Positions 1 to 13,021 of a stretch of DNA of 64,000 nucleotides are shown piece after piece. The position numbers and the translations under genes were made by a program. The stretch is from Octopus sinensis (Eukaryota), in NCBI RefSeq assembly GCF_006345805.1, contig NC_043002.1:57784001-57848000 (forward strand), read 5' to 3'. Below the pieces are notes generated by a model. It ran no database searches and was not told the origin of the DNA. It saw only the letters and a list, made by a program, of their open reading frames with translations. Positions within the stretch are counted from its first letter, which is position 1, and the number at the start of each line of letters is the position of its first letter.

Positions 1-44
1 TACCAACTTAATAGCTGCAAAGATATTTTATCAAATTCTTTTAT

Positions 45-495
45 TCATTTATTCTTTTACTCGTTTCAGTTATTTCACTGTGGCCATGCCGTAGCACCAT
101 CGAAGAAATCAACCCCTGGACTGATTTTTTGTAAGACTGGTGCTTATTCTACCGAAGACTTCTGCCTAACCACTATGTTTCAGGGTCATCAAAAACACCA
201 ACATCAGTTTTCAAGCGATGGTAGTGGTGGAATAAACACAGACAAATACATACATACATGCATACATACATACATACATACATACATACATACATACATA
301 CATACATACATACATACATACATGCATACACGACAAACTTCTTTTAGTTATCCGTCTACCAAATCTACTCACAAGGCTTTGATCGACCCGAGGCTACAGC
401 AGAAGACACTTGCCCAAGGTTCCACGCAGTGGGACTGAACCCTGACCCTTGTAGTTGGGAAGCAATCTTCTTACCACAAAACCACTCCTGTGCCT
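45..495 (-). mobile_element. tRNA-derived SINE, family A (degenerate, internal (TACA)n)
   Basis: Reverse complement matches the family-A copy at 7416-7855: head GGTTCAGTCCCACTGCGTGG, CTTGGGCAAGTGTCTT domain, internal microsatellite, tail GACTGAAACRAGTAAAAGAA. Confidence 0.8.
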
Positions 496-1249
496 ATAAT
501 TATTTTCAAAATTAATTGTAACATAACCACTCAATCCTAACAGAAACATGGTAACAAAAGGGTTAAATTCATTTTTTTTTTTCACAGTTCAGCCACTTGT
601 ACTGTTGCTGTGTCACATGAATCGGGGATAATGATACTGTAACATAATCCGGGGATAATTTATTTGGACGACTTTGTATCATCTGTTTGGTTGGCGTTCC
701 AACAATAGCCATCCACCGTTGTTTTATAATTGTTTCATATATCATGCAACTTGAAACATTGTCCTTGTATCCTAAACAGTTGTCAGTTGAAATATATTTG
801 ACTACTATTTTTAGCAAAACAAAGTACTCTCCCAGAGTCCTCTTACGTTGTTGCTGTAATTGTTGTTGTTGTTATTGGATAACCCCAGGTCAAGTCTGAT
901 CGAGCAGTCCTACTAGCGCAGGCAGTCAATCGGTGAAGCGACCAGACGCAAACCGCAGAGACAACTCCCTATTTGTAACGAGTTGGGTATACAGTTTGCA
1001 CCTCTCGGGTCTCTCTTTAACTGGACGTGGGGAAACCATACAGCGCAATCAGACATATATATGGTGAAGAGAGAGAACAAGCTGGATATGTGGCTCAGTT
1101 GATTGATATACGTCTAAACATTATGACGGCCGAAACAGAGGTGAGTGAGGTCCTTTTGGTCAGAGGAGTGGAATTTTTTCTGAACTTTTACATCTATTTT
1201 TGGTGACGAACATCAATGATCAGTAACTGGAATCTATGAGGATTGCTGC

Positions 1250-1592
1250 TGCTGAGACCCCCTTCGGTCATAACTGACCATGGGATTGCACCTACAAAGT
1301 TACCCTCCCAGGCACAAGTCCGGGTAAGGTTGTTTATGGAAGACCAGCAGTCGCCCATGCATACCAGCCTACCCTCTCCATGCCGCCACCTGTGTTATCC
1401 AAGGGAAAAGCAAAGGGGCCGATACAGCTTGGCACCTCTGACGTCGCAACTCATTTCTACAGCTGAGTGAACTGGAACAACGTGAAATAAAGTGTCTTGC
1501 TCAAGAACACCACACGCAGTCCGCTCCGGGATTCGAACTCACAACCTCACGATCGTAAACTCGACGCTCTAACCACTGAGCCATGCGCTTTC
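1250..1592 (-). mobile_element. tRNA-derived SINE, family C
   Basis: Minus-strand head with A box TGGCTCAGTGG and B box GAGTTCGAATCCC, then CTTGAGCAAGACACTTTATTTCACGTTG-CCAGTTCACTCAGC domain shared with 22340, 43190, 48530. Confidence 0.8.
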
Positions 1593-1715
1593 ACTAATCT
1601 ATGAGGATAATAATATTGCAATTAGTCCTGTGTATCTATATATTTTACTTTTGCGTGTGAGAGAATGGAAATGCTTTTAGAGATGTAGCTGAATTTTAGG
1701 GTTACAAGACAGACA

Positions 1716-2682
1716 ACAATGCCTCGATATACGAGTTAATTTGTACCCGGAGATCGCTGGTAAAACGAAAACTCGTAAAGCAGAGCAATAATTTCTCATA
1801 GTAGCAACGTAATAAATCGTAATTCGTTCTCAGAAAAATATTTTTCCTATAAAATTTATAACACTCGTAAATAAATGGCAATAAAACATCCGTGGAAGGT
1901 AAAGAATAGTTTATGTAAAGTAAAAAGAATGTCAAGATCATTTATAATAAAAAATATTATTAGAATCGTTTTCTGAATCAATTTCACTCGTACTAGACTC
2001 GTGCATACCAACTCTTGGAGACGCGATCGCCGATTCACAAGCACTCGTAGACGGACTAGTAGATTTCTTTTTAAGAAACAAATCTAGAGTTGAAATAATA
2101 TATTTCTAAATCTCTCAGAGAGATTTATGCAGTTGCAGCACGATAAAGTTATAGCATGTTGCCAACTTAATGTGACAGTCCCATAAAAGGGAAGAATGTT
2201 ACTGTTATTTAAGCCCTAGGAAACACTGTTTCCTGTTGGACTTTACACATTTCCTGTGTCCTTATGTTTTCAAAGTGGAGACAAGCACCTCCACCCAGCA
2301 AAACCAGCTAGTGCATAAATCTCTCTGAGGGATTTAGAAATATATTATCTCTATTTTCAAAAATCAGTGAATGTATTTCACTCGAAATACATGTATTTTC
2401 AAAGGCGGTTAGGCATCAACAGCTAGCAAGCCACGCTACTCCAGACTGATGATGAGCAATGACTCTGAAACAAGTTGACAACATGCTATCACTTTAAGTC
2501 TAGAGTTAGTTGTTTAGAAGCTTTTTTTCACTCTTTATAAATTTCTCAGTAACACGCGGAAGCAGTTGTTATGGTTGTAGAAAAGTTAGATCTCATTCAA
2601 AATGTGGATCTTGTGCTTGAAAAATAAAACTCGTAAACCCGAGGACCCGTAAAGCAGGTCCTCGTAAACTGAGGTATTGCTA
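1716..2682. mobile_element. Non-autonomous pogo/Tigger-like DNA transposon remnant
   Basis: Imperfect TIRs 1716-1735 (acaatgcctcgatatacgag) and 2661-2680 (rc gcaatacctcagtttacgag), 15/20 match; subterminal ACTCGTAAA motif repeated near both ends. Confidence 0.4.
2097..2346. mobile_element. MITE with 35-bp TIRs
   Basis: 2097-2131 and 2312-2346 are reverse complements with 1 mismatch; non-coding interior. Confidence 0.75.
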
Positions 2683-3159
2683 TGTTTTTTTTTGCAAGAA
2701 ACTTAAATGTTGATACTTAATGCGACGACAAACGATGGTTCTGGCCAGGAATTGTGTTGTAGATGTGCAACAGTTATATCTAGCAATCATTCGCCTAAAA
2801 ATTGCTGCCACTCTAAATATGTTTAGCGAATAACTTCTCGAAACACGTCGCTAAAAAGAAAAACGCTGATTGTCAAGGGACATTGGTAATGCCACAACTT
2901 AATTAGAAATACAAATTAACTCGCATTATAAAAGCGCTCAGAAGGTGGCGAGCGAGCTAAATTGTTAGAATGCCAGAAAAGAATGCATTTATGTCCTGAG
3001 TTGAAATCTCGTTGGTGTCAATTTTGTTTGTCAACCTTTTGGAGTAGATAAAATAAAATAAGTCATGCACTTCACCGATATAATGAACGACCTCAAAATT
3101 TCAGACGTTCTCTGCCTACATTAGAAACTATTATAAAAATCCAGTGATTTCTGACTCTC

Positions 3160-3191
3160 CCTCTCTCTCTCTCTTTCTCTCTCTCTCGCTC

Positions 3192-3242
<51 letters not shown>

Positions 3243-3641
3243 AAAGGATATGTTATAATATTATTCCACAGCCACACCAACAATCCAACAAACCTCTATC
3301 ATCAGCTGCCCCACCAGATATCATTACAGTTTCGACATCTGGTCAGTACCATTCAATCCAGCGGCCTCAACAGCACTGAAATAAGTGTTGTTTGGGAACA
3401 AACAAACCAAAGAAACCACAACTTTCAAACACATTTACCCTATGTACAACCGTATCGGTAAATAATTTCAATAAGTAAGTTACATCCAACTCCTAAATAC
3501 GTAACTAAACAGTGACAAATCTATTAAGCCATACAAAATTATAATCCCTACCGTCTTCCGTAGTATAATATAGACATGAAAGCTTAATAACCACAATATT
3601 TCAGTCAATCAATTTATAGGCAGGATTACACACTAACTTTA

Positions 3642-3718
<77 letters not shown>

Positions 3719-3723
3719 CAACA

Positions 3724-3767
<44 letters not shown>

Positions 3768-3847
3768 GTAGTGATGACTAAAATTTTCTATATGGCTTTG
3801 TGTTAAGGCTAACTGCTTGCATTAATTTTAGGATATATATATATATA

Positions 3848-3880
<33 letters not shown>

Positions 3881-3921
3881 TATATAGTTATATATAGAAT
3901 ATATATATATAGTTATATATA

Positions 3922-3963
<42 letters not shown>

Positions 3964-4060
3964 GATAGATAGATAGATAGATAAACACACCACACACTTA
4001 TATATATATATATATATATAATATATATACATATATATAGTGTGTGCGTGTGTATCTATT

Positions 4061-4106
<46 letters not shown>

Positions 4107-4145
4107 TCTATCTATCTATCTATATATATTATATATATATATACA
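3160..4145. repeat. Compound microsatellite cluster (CT/TA/CA/GA/GATA/TCTA)
   Basis: Directly visible; representative of dozens of similar tracts across the window. Confidence 0.95.
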
Positions 4146-4520
4146 TAAGATCCAGGTATCACGGTTTAGGAAGAAGGATAGCTTCAAGCAATCCGTTGTA
4201 AATATTAAAAAAAAAAATTCAGGGACAATACTCGTTTATTGAGACGGAAGGTGTGGATTTTTTCGTATCGAAGAACAAGCTGAAAGAAGTTCTTTATATA
4301 TTCCACGGCAGAGGGTTCCCATGTGTGCGAATAAGAATAAAGAAGTTACGGAATGAAGTAGGTAAGATCCGGGCTCTGAATGTTTCATAGCGAGCGAACC
4401 TCAGAAGTGGTAAATATCCAAGGTGTATAGCGCTGGCTACTCTTTAGGCCAAAGGTATGTTGATTAAATTAAAGATTATATTGTAGCAAGGTTGTATGAA
4501 TGTATATGTGTATGCATGTG

Positions 4521-4551
<31 letters not shown>

Positions 4552-4634
4552 TGTGTGTCTGTGTATAAACAAACATTCGTGAGTGATGAAAAAAAATAGC
4601 AGTGCCCAGTTTGTTAGAGTTACGCACGAAATAA

Positions 4635-4851
4635 CAGTTTCAATCAGCTCCACATTAAAGTTTTGAGGACACAGGTGAAGTCCACGTCATCAGATTTTGA
4701 AAGAAATTTAAAATGTCTTTTACAGGCCTAAATATCTTGAAACCAATATAAATTTCTTATCGATTCTCTTCAACCTGGCTTCGAACATCTGATGATGTGG
4801 ACGTGTCCTACATTCACAAAACTGAAGGTAATGCAGAGCTGATTTAAACTG
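4635..4851. mobile_element. Fold-back/MITE-like element
   Basis: Outer arms 4635-4657 vs 4829-4851 and inner arms 4680-4694 vs 4788-4802 are imperfect inverted repeats. Confidence 0.55.
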
Positions 4852-4918
4852 CTATGAACCACATCCACACTCATTTGCATATATTTATATATGTATGTGT
4901 ATATATATATATACAGAA

Positions 4919-4960
<42 letters not shown>

Positions 4961-4974
4961 AGAAAGAAAGATTC

Positions 4975-5051
4975 GGGCCGACCAATGCCTTGTGAGTGAA
5001 TTTGGTAGAAGGAAACACTATGAAACACGTCGTGTGTACGTATTCACACAT

Positions 5052-5083
<32 letters not shown>

Positions 5084-5348
5084 GAGTGTGTGCGTGTGTG
5101 TGTGTGTGTGTATTTGTGTGTTTTTGTGAGTGTTTGAATGTGTGGGTGTGTCTTTGAGTTTTTGTTTGTTCCCCCACTATCGACTGACAATCGGTACTGG
5201 TGTGTTTACGTTCCCGGTTCTGCAAAACGATTGAATAGAATATGTACCAAGCGTAAACAATAAATAGAGTACTGCCGTCGATTCATTCAGCTAAAATTTC
5301 TTAATGGTGGCAGTCAAGCAATCTTACAACAGAAACTAAAGATAAAAG
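4975..5348 (+). mobile_element. SINE family A, 5'-truncated
   Basis: GGGCCGACCAATGCCTTGTGAGTGAATTTGGTAG domain, internal TA/TG repeat, degenerate tail. Confidence 0.7.
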
Positions 5349-5409
5349 ATGTATGTATATACATTTATATATATATATATATATATATAATATTTGTAAA
5401 CAAACCAAG

Positions 5410-5845
5410 AAGGCTTTGTAAGTTACGGAGAGAAAGGTACTATGAAAGATTCATGTTAGCGTTGATTTGTGGGTTCGATCTTGGCTGGGGTTAGTTCATC
5501 ATTTTTCGGTTATTTGCTTGTATTCAAGAATTGCTGCTTCAAATCGGAGAAAAAAAATAATATTATGATATATTATTATACAGTAATTGTGGTAATCTGC
5601 ACCTCCCATAGTAGCTTTCTCTCCATAACTTTCAAAGCCTTTCCGGTTTCGTTGCAACCATTATATGTACTATTAGACAGTATATGTTCATTAAATTGAT
5701 GGGTAAGTATTTGGCCCAATCGGATGTGCAAGGAGCCATGTTAACATTGATTTGTGGGTTCGATTCTGGTTGGGGTTAGTCAACATTTTTTCGGCCAGTT
5801 GTTTGCGTTTAAAAATCATCGCTTCAAATCGGAGAATATATATTA
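5410..5845. repeat. Unclassified element with a 35-bp inverted repeat and a ~100-bp direct repeat
   Basis: 5410-5444 inverted to 5607-5641; 5461-5560 directly repeated at 5747-5845. Confidence 0.55.
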
Positions 5846-5851
5846 TACAAC

Positions 5852-5885
<34 letters not shown>

Positions 5886-6219
5886 ATATATATATACATA
5901 CATCAACGGCCTCTGTCAATTGACTGAAACAAGTAAAACATACAGGATAAAAGTTATATGTACATACTTGCATACACACACACATATATATATATATACA
6001 CACAAATATGTATATTAATAAATAAATTTAGATTTATGTGTGTGTATGTGTGTGTATGTTTACAGAAAGGCTGTCAATAGCAGACTTAATGTCGTTAGTG
6101 AAAGATTTCAGTTAATTAAAATCACAGATTTCAGTAATTGGAACAATCATTTTGTAAATGATATACGTGCATTCCTACATACGTACCTACAAATATATAT
6201 ATATATATATAGATATATA

Positions 6220-6346
<127 letters not shown>

Positions 6347-6461
6347 ATGTATGTATCTTAGTAATCTATGTTGCTGAAGTAAAATATCATTCATAGATAA
6401 AAGGTGTATCTGTCACATCTTCTCGTATTATCAGTGCTGAAATCTTTCAGATACATAATAC

Positions 6462-6501
<40 letters not shown>

Positions 6502-6502
6502 T

Positions 6503-6560
<58 letters not shown>

Positions 6561-7209
6561 GTGCAGGGTTAATAGAGAACGCTCCACAGCCAAACTTCTT
6601 TCAATGACATTTCTTGGCTCCTAATCAAACATTTTAATGGGCAAAGTTTTAGGGGTCAATTTCGGAGTCTGTACTGATCTTACATATTTTGGCAGACGGG
6701 GAGGAGGCAATTATAAGATAATAAAGGCAACACGTGAACGACATCGATAACGACAGCAACAACAACAAAAGCAACAACAATAATTATTGGTCGACGAAAG
6801 TTTAACGTTCAAAATATTTGCTCACAGAAAATGATATGGGGCTTTTGCCAAATATGATGGCTTTTGATAAGGCCATCGTTACCAAGTAATGGCTAGAATA
6901 TCATCAAAGTTTTGGCTTTTATTATCTAGTAAAACATCGTTGTAATAGTTAATATAGGAAACGCTGACATCGTTTGATAATTATTTCTAAAGCAGTTTCT
7001 TTCATTCCTAAATGGTCGACAGAGTTTGCGCTCAAATAACCTCTGCGTTCAATAGCAGATTCTACAAATCTGGTTTGTCTTTTATATTTTCTGCTCGCCC
7101 TCATCGACCGCGCGTAGGAACAAAGGTGCATCAACCAATAATCACAAACATACAGAAACATGCATAAACTTGATTATGTGGGTATCTACGAATACATAAT
7201 AGTTATATA

Positions 7210-7855
7210 AGGCGTGGGGCTGTGTGGTAAGAAGCTTGCTTCCCAAACACATGGTTCCGGGTTCAGTCCCACCGCGTGGCACCTTGGGCAAGTGTATTTT
7301 ACTATAACAGCTGGCCGACCAAATTCTTGTGAGTGGATTTGGTAGACGGAAACTGGAAGACGCCAATCGTATATATATATGCGTGTGTGTATGTGTGTGT
7401 GTGTGTGTATGTATATAGGCGCAGGCATGGCTGTGAGGTAGGAAGCTTGCTTACCAATCACATGGTTCTGGGTTCAGTTCTACTGCGTGGCACCTTGTGC
7501 AAGTGTCTTCTGCTATAACCGATGGCCGACCAAAGCCTTGTGATTAGATCTGGAAGACGGAAACTGAAAGAAGCCCATCGTGTATATATATGCATATATG
7601 TATTTATGTATGTATGTATGTATGTATGTATGTATGTATGTATGTATATATATATATATATGTTTTTGTGTCTGTGTTTGTCCCTGCACCACCGCTTCAC
7701 AACCAATGTTGGTGTGTTTATGTCCCCGTAACCTAGCGGTTCAGCAAAATATACCGATAGAATAAGTACTGGGGTCGATTTCTTTGACTAAATACGGTGC
7801 TCCAGCATCGCAGCAGTCAAATGACTGAAACAAGTAAGAAAAAAACAAAAGAGTA
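7210..7855 (+). mobile_element. SINE family A: head-only copy (7210-7370) plus full copy (7416-7855)
   Basis: tRNA-like head with A box TGGCTGTGNGG and B box GGTTCAGTYC, CORE-like CTTGGGCAAGTGTC domain, internal (TATG)n, tail GCAGTCAAATGACTGAAACAAGTAAG. Confidence 0.85.
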
Positions 7856-7869
7856 TAAGAGTATGAGGA

Positions 7870-8690
7870 ATATTTGTCCATTCTTCAGCTGAAACAGTCT
7901 CCAGTTCTTATATCGACTCCTTATTTGTTTTTCTACAATGCGCCATAAATGTTCAATAATATTTAGATCTGGGGACTGTGGTGGCCAGATAAGATGTTCA
8001 ACATCACTAGAATGTCCCTCGTGCCATTCAATAACAACTTTAGCTGTGTGAATTGGGGCATTGTCATCCTGAAAGACTGCGTTTTCGTCCGGAAACAGTT
8101 TCGCCACCATAAGATTAATTTGATCAGATAAAATGCTTAAATACTGTTGACTATTAATTCTGCCATAAAGGGAAAGCATTGGGCCGGCAGATTTCCAAGA
8201 TATAGCCACCTGACCCCCGATCATCACAGATCCTCCTTCATGTTTAACAGTTGGAAGAAGGCAGTTTGGGTCAAATGCTTCTTTTGGTTGTATCCGCATG
8301 TATACACCGCCAGTACTCGGGAGAAAATAACATTCTTCCATTGCTCTAGAGACCAATTCTGTAGGTTTTTACTCCACTCTAAACACTTTGCAACGTTTGT
8401 TTTTGAAAGTAGTGGTTTTCTGATTGCAGCCCTCCCGTGAAATTCGACTTTGTGCAGCTGCAGGCGAACAGTTTTTGTGGAAACTGGATTCTGAAGTTGG
8501 TCTTTAAGCTCTAAAGTAATTTTGGGAGTTGTACTTTCGAGATTCCTTCTAACAATTCGGGTAAGAGTCCGACGGTCCATATCTGAAAGTTTTGGCTTTT
8601 TTGCGGCATTTTGTTTCGACGAGGTTTTTCCCTCTTGCTCAAGGCTGTCATTATTTTCGAGACAGTACTTCTTTATCTTATTCAATTTGC
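7870..8690 (-). pseudogene. Tc1-family transposase pseudogene (frameshifted)
   Basis: ORFs 8224-8685 (HTH region, GRAAIRKPLLS, WKNVIFS) and 7817-8356 (FQDDNAPIH, WPPQSPDLNIIEHLW) carry Tc1 DDE motifs. Confidence 0.9.
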
Positions 8691-8903
8691 CATCAAGGCA
8701 CTACATAGAAGTAGTAGCTGCGGGCTGGACAATAGCATAAATAAGACGAATGATGACAAAAAAATGGTATTAATGAGGGAAGGCAGACGACGCCCGCCGA
8801 TCGCGTCTTCTCAAAAACATTGTTCTTTTACAAAACACACATTTTGAGGTAATAAACCTCTTACTAATATTCCATTGTACACAAAGTCCTTACAATGACG
8901 CAC

Positions 8904-8961
<58 letters not shown>

Positions 8962-8963
<2 letters not shown>

Positions 8964-9249
8964 CGATTTAAAGTGAGAATACGAAGATTATGGTCAATGA
9001 AAGGAGTAGACGTGATACCAATAGTAATTGGTGCACTTGGAAGTATCGGCACTCAACTACCAACATGGCTAAAAAACATCGGTGCAAGTGTGAAGATAGA
9101 ACACCTACAAAAATCAACATTGCTTGGAACTGCAAGAATTCTTCGCAGGGTTCTTGAGGCATGACCAGTAAACAAGTGTCACAGTAGTCTGCTGGCTGGG
9201 GACAGCTGAAACTTTCCATCATACCCAGCAAAGCCAGCTCTAAGTTTTC

Positions 9250-9251
<2 letters not shown>
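8962..9251 (+). mobile_element. R4/Dong-type RLE LINE 3' fragment (subfamily 2) flanked by (AAT)n
   Basis: ORF 8973-9164 RRLWSMKGVDVIPIVIGALG...LQKSTLLGTARILRRVLE is the RLE C-terminus; AAT arrays abut both ends. Confidence 0.8.
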
Positions 9252-9300
<49 letters not shown>

Positions 9301-9307
9301 TAATAAT

Positions 9308-11748
9308 GGAGAGAAATATGGTCGGCGAACGAACAGCCAAAAAAAAGGAGTATCAAAATAACAAACTCGGCATCTGAACAACTTTGGACCCCCATAACAA
9401 CTGAAGAGGTCACCCAGGCACTGCAAAAACTAAGCAACTGGAAGGCACCTGGGCATGACAAGATCCCCAACTTCTGGTTGAAATATCTAACAGGAATGCA
9501 CAAAAAGCTGGCTGAAAACTTTAACAGCATACTAGCAGAGCCAGAGTCAATGCCTGAATGGCTCACGAAGGGGAAAACCATCTTAATTCCCAAATCAAAT
9601 GAAACAGCAAAACCAGAAAACTACAGACCAATAACCTGCCTCCCTACTATGTTCAAGGCATTTACTGCAGTGATATCGCAAAGGCTGAACAAGCACCTGG
9701 ACGAAAACAAACTGTTCCCAGAAGAGCAGAAAGGATGCCGCAAAGGCTCATATGGCTGTAAAGATCAACTATGATTAATAAAGCCGTAACTGAAGACAGC
9801 CACAGAAAGAGAAAGGCCTCAGTATGGCCTGGATTGACTACAAAAAGGCGTTTGATAGCACCCCCCACACATGGATCCTCGAAACACTAGCCATAAACAA
9901 AGTAGCACCAACAATCATAAAATTCATAGAGCACTCTATGAATAAATGGCAAACAGTCCTACACCTCCAAACAAAAAGGGGACTCATGAAAACCAAGACA
10001 TCCCCATTAGAAGAGGAATATTCGAGGGAGACACGCTCTCTCCACTCCTTTTCTGCTTGGCACTGTCACCTCTATCTGATATGCTAAATAGAACTGGATG
10101 CGGATATAAATGTTACGGCAAAACGATCAGCCACCTTTTATATATGGATGACCTAAAACTATACGCTGCAAATGACAAACAGCTGGAAGCACTATTAAAG
10201 ACAGTTCATGGATTTACAAAGAAATAGATATGAAATTTGGATTAGAAAAATGCGCCAAAGTAACCATGAAAAGAGGAAAACTAGTTAAGAGTAACAACAT
10301 CACACTAGATAAAACCAATGAAATAAAAGAATTAGACCAAAGCCAAACTTACAAATACTTAGGAATCCATGAACTAGATAAGACACAACACACACAAATG
10401 AAAGAGAAAATAAAAAAAGAATATTATAGACGAGCTAGATCAATACTAAAAACAGAGCTCAATGCTAAAAAAACAGATAATAGGTATCAACACTTTAGCT
10501 GTCCCAGTTATAAGTTACAGCTACAATATCCTTAACTGGACACGAAATGAACTGTCCAAAATAGATAGGAAAACAAGAAAAATACTGACAGGATCTAGGA
10601 TGCATCACCCAAAATCTGACATAGAAAGACTATATATACAACGTATAGAAGGTGGTAGAGGCCTTATACAGCTGGAAAACTACTATAAAATAACCACCAT
10701 AGGACTGCAAAAATACCTACTTCAGAAGGAAGGAAAACTGATCCAGATAGCAGCAAAACACGAGCAAAACAAAAAACTGTCTCAGTATTTAAGGAAGCTG
10801 ACAAATACAAACAAGAAATCATACCACCTAATAAACACGAAGAGAAGAAGATGATGAAGAAACAACAAAAGCTATAAAACAATGAAATCCAACTAAAAAT
10901 AGAACAGCAACGAACCATGATAAAACGATGGCAAGAAAAGCCCCTTCATGGTAAATACTGGACTAAACTAAACGCAAAAGAAATAGACAAAGAAAAATCC
11001 CAGCAATGGTTGAGAAGCTCAGGACTCAAAGCAGAAATAGAGGGATTTTTAATTGCAGCACAAGACCAAAGCCTCCCCACCAAAAATTACCAAAAACATG
11101 TAATGAAAAGAAATATTACAAGTAACTGCAGAATATGTGGAGATGGACAAAAACAATAAATCATATTATCTCTAGCTGCCCAGTCCTGGCTAAGAAGGAA
11201 TATATTCACAGACATGACAGAGTTGGAACCTACATACATTGGAAGCTATGCCAACATTATGGAATAACAACAGAAAAAAGATGGTATAGGCACACACCAG
11301 AAAAGGTCACAGAAAACGAGAAAGCAACCATACAGACCAGATATAGTTGTCAGAGATCACGAAGAAAAAAAATGCTTTCTAATTGATGTATCAATACCGG
11401 CAGATGACAACGTGTCTCTAAAAGAAATGGAGAAACTCTCAAAATACAAAGACCTGGAAATAGAGGTAACTAGAATGTGGAATCTGAAAACAGAAACAAT
11501 TCCTATCATAGTAGGTGCATTAGGCATGATAAAAAAATATTCAGACAAATACATAACAAAAACACCAGGACTTACAAACACATATAACATACAGAAAATT
11601 GCACTACTAGGCACTGCACACATCCTACGCAGAACACTTTCCATACAATAACCATCAGAGCATCACAACAAATCACAGCACATACCCAAGGCACACAGAG
11701 CTGCGCTCGGTAGTGAAGTGAAAGCACGCTATAACAATAAAACTACTG
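9308..11748 (+). mobile_element. 5'-truncated R4/Dong-type non-LTR retrotransposon (RT + CCHC + RLE), disrupted
   Basis: WKAPGHDKIPNFWLK, YRPITCLPT, RGIFEGDTLSPLLF, LLYMDDLKLY (10141), CRICG...HIISSC, RPDIVV...LIDVSIPADDNVSLKEMEK, IPIIVGALG; several frameshifts; (AAT)n on both sides. Confidence 0.92.
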
Positions 11749-11782
11749 AATAATAATAAAATATAATAATAATATAATAATA

Positions 11783-11813
<31 letters not shown>

Positions 11814-11814
11814 T

Positions 11815-11885
<71 letters not shown>

Positions 11886-11986
11886 TATAATTATAATGAT
11901 AATAATAATAATAATAGTTATAATAATAATAATAATAATATAATAATAATAATAATAATATAATAATAATAATAATAATAATAATA
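11749..11986. repeat. (AAT)n array
   Basis: Direct; other AAT arrays at 8905-8961, 9252-9307, 12543-12645, 45160-45328, 60289-60492. Confidence 0.95.
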
Positions 11987-12542
11987 AATGCCCTGATGCA
12001 GTACCAGGCAGTGGCTCTCATGGCTTCTGATCTTAACTGATTGGAAGTGTTATCATGTACATTGTTTTGTCTTGGTATAAAAGATGGGCTACAGCAAATA
12101 TTCTGCTCAATACCACAGATTTGCTTGTCAGTTGTTTGACCTTAACCAGTTGAGCATGTCCCTTAGTGGCTGACGATATGTGCATCTCTGATCACGAGCA
12201 GAAGTAGTGGGGGGCATCATAGCCATGTGTTGAGAGGGATGCTTTGGGGTTTGAATAGTTCACCTCTGGAAACATGGGTGGTTCTTTCAACATCCTTAAA
12301 CAACCCTTATTCGGGGACCGTTTGAGCGGGATGGGCTACTCAACCTGAAGAAAATTCAAACTGGGCCCCACCTGCAAGGTCATGTGCTGTTTATCTTGAT
12401 ATGAGATCACCATGTCGCGCACATATGGTTGTGATGCATGTGCCTGGTGTACCTTTATCAGACGGGTAGTCATGATGGGTATATTGGGCTTCGTATATTT
12501 TACCCCAGTGTCAATTTGATGGCATGAACTGCTCTCTCACTC
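11987..12542 (+). mobile_element. ~555-bp non-coding interspersed element bounded by (AAT)n
   Basis: Further copies at 45329-45840 (opposite strand) and 60939-61060; no ORF; no clear Pol III B box. Confidence 0.75.
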
Positions 12543-12575
12543 AATAATAATAATAATAATAATAATAATATAATG

Positions 12576-12635
<60 letters not shown>

Positions 12636-13021
12636 TAATAATAATTTCTTTTAAATAATATTAACGTAATATAATTTAAACATCAGATGTGCTGGTGCGT
12701 TAGTTTTGGCCCATCTTTTATATACACGCAGACACACATTTCAATACAAACAGATATATTTACGTATTTATTATTCATATATATCCAAAACAGCGGATCC
12801 GCTCTGTCATCAACCCGGATATCCTGTCTCAGTTTCTTTTTTATTTTCGTTGAAACGGGAAGTTCAAAATATTGAACGAATAAACATTCAGTTTAAAAGA
12901 GATTGCTAACTCCTACTACACAGATTCATTAATTTGGTCTACGTTTTGTAACGTATATATCCCTGCATAATATGTATGTGAGTGTGTTTGTGTTTGTAGG
13001 TATATTTGTGTGTGTGTGTGT

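Noticed and set aside
2441-2480. CTGATGA-t-GAG...CTC-t-GAAAC hammerhead-like string
   Set aside because: Extra base before GAAA and no helix I pairing.
4680-4830. CTGATGA motifs on both strands as possible HHRs
   Set aside because: No GAAA or helix III downstream; explained by the inverted arms of a MITE.
6949-7161. 70-aa minus-strand ORF with natural-looking composition
   Set aside because: No convincing acceptor/donor pair or recognisable motif.
12165-12210. CTGACGA within the AAT-associated element
   Set aside because: No GAAA or helix III in either copy.
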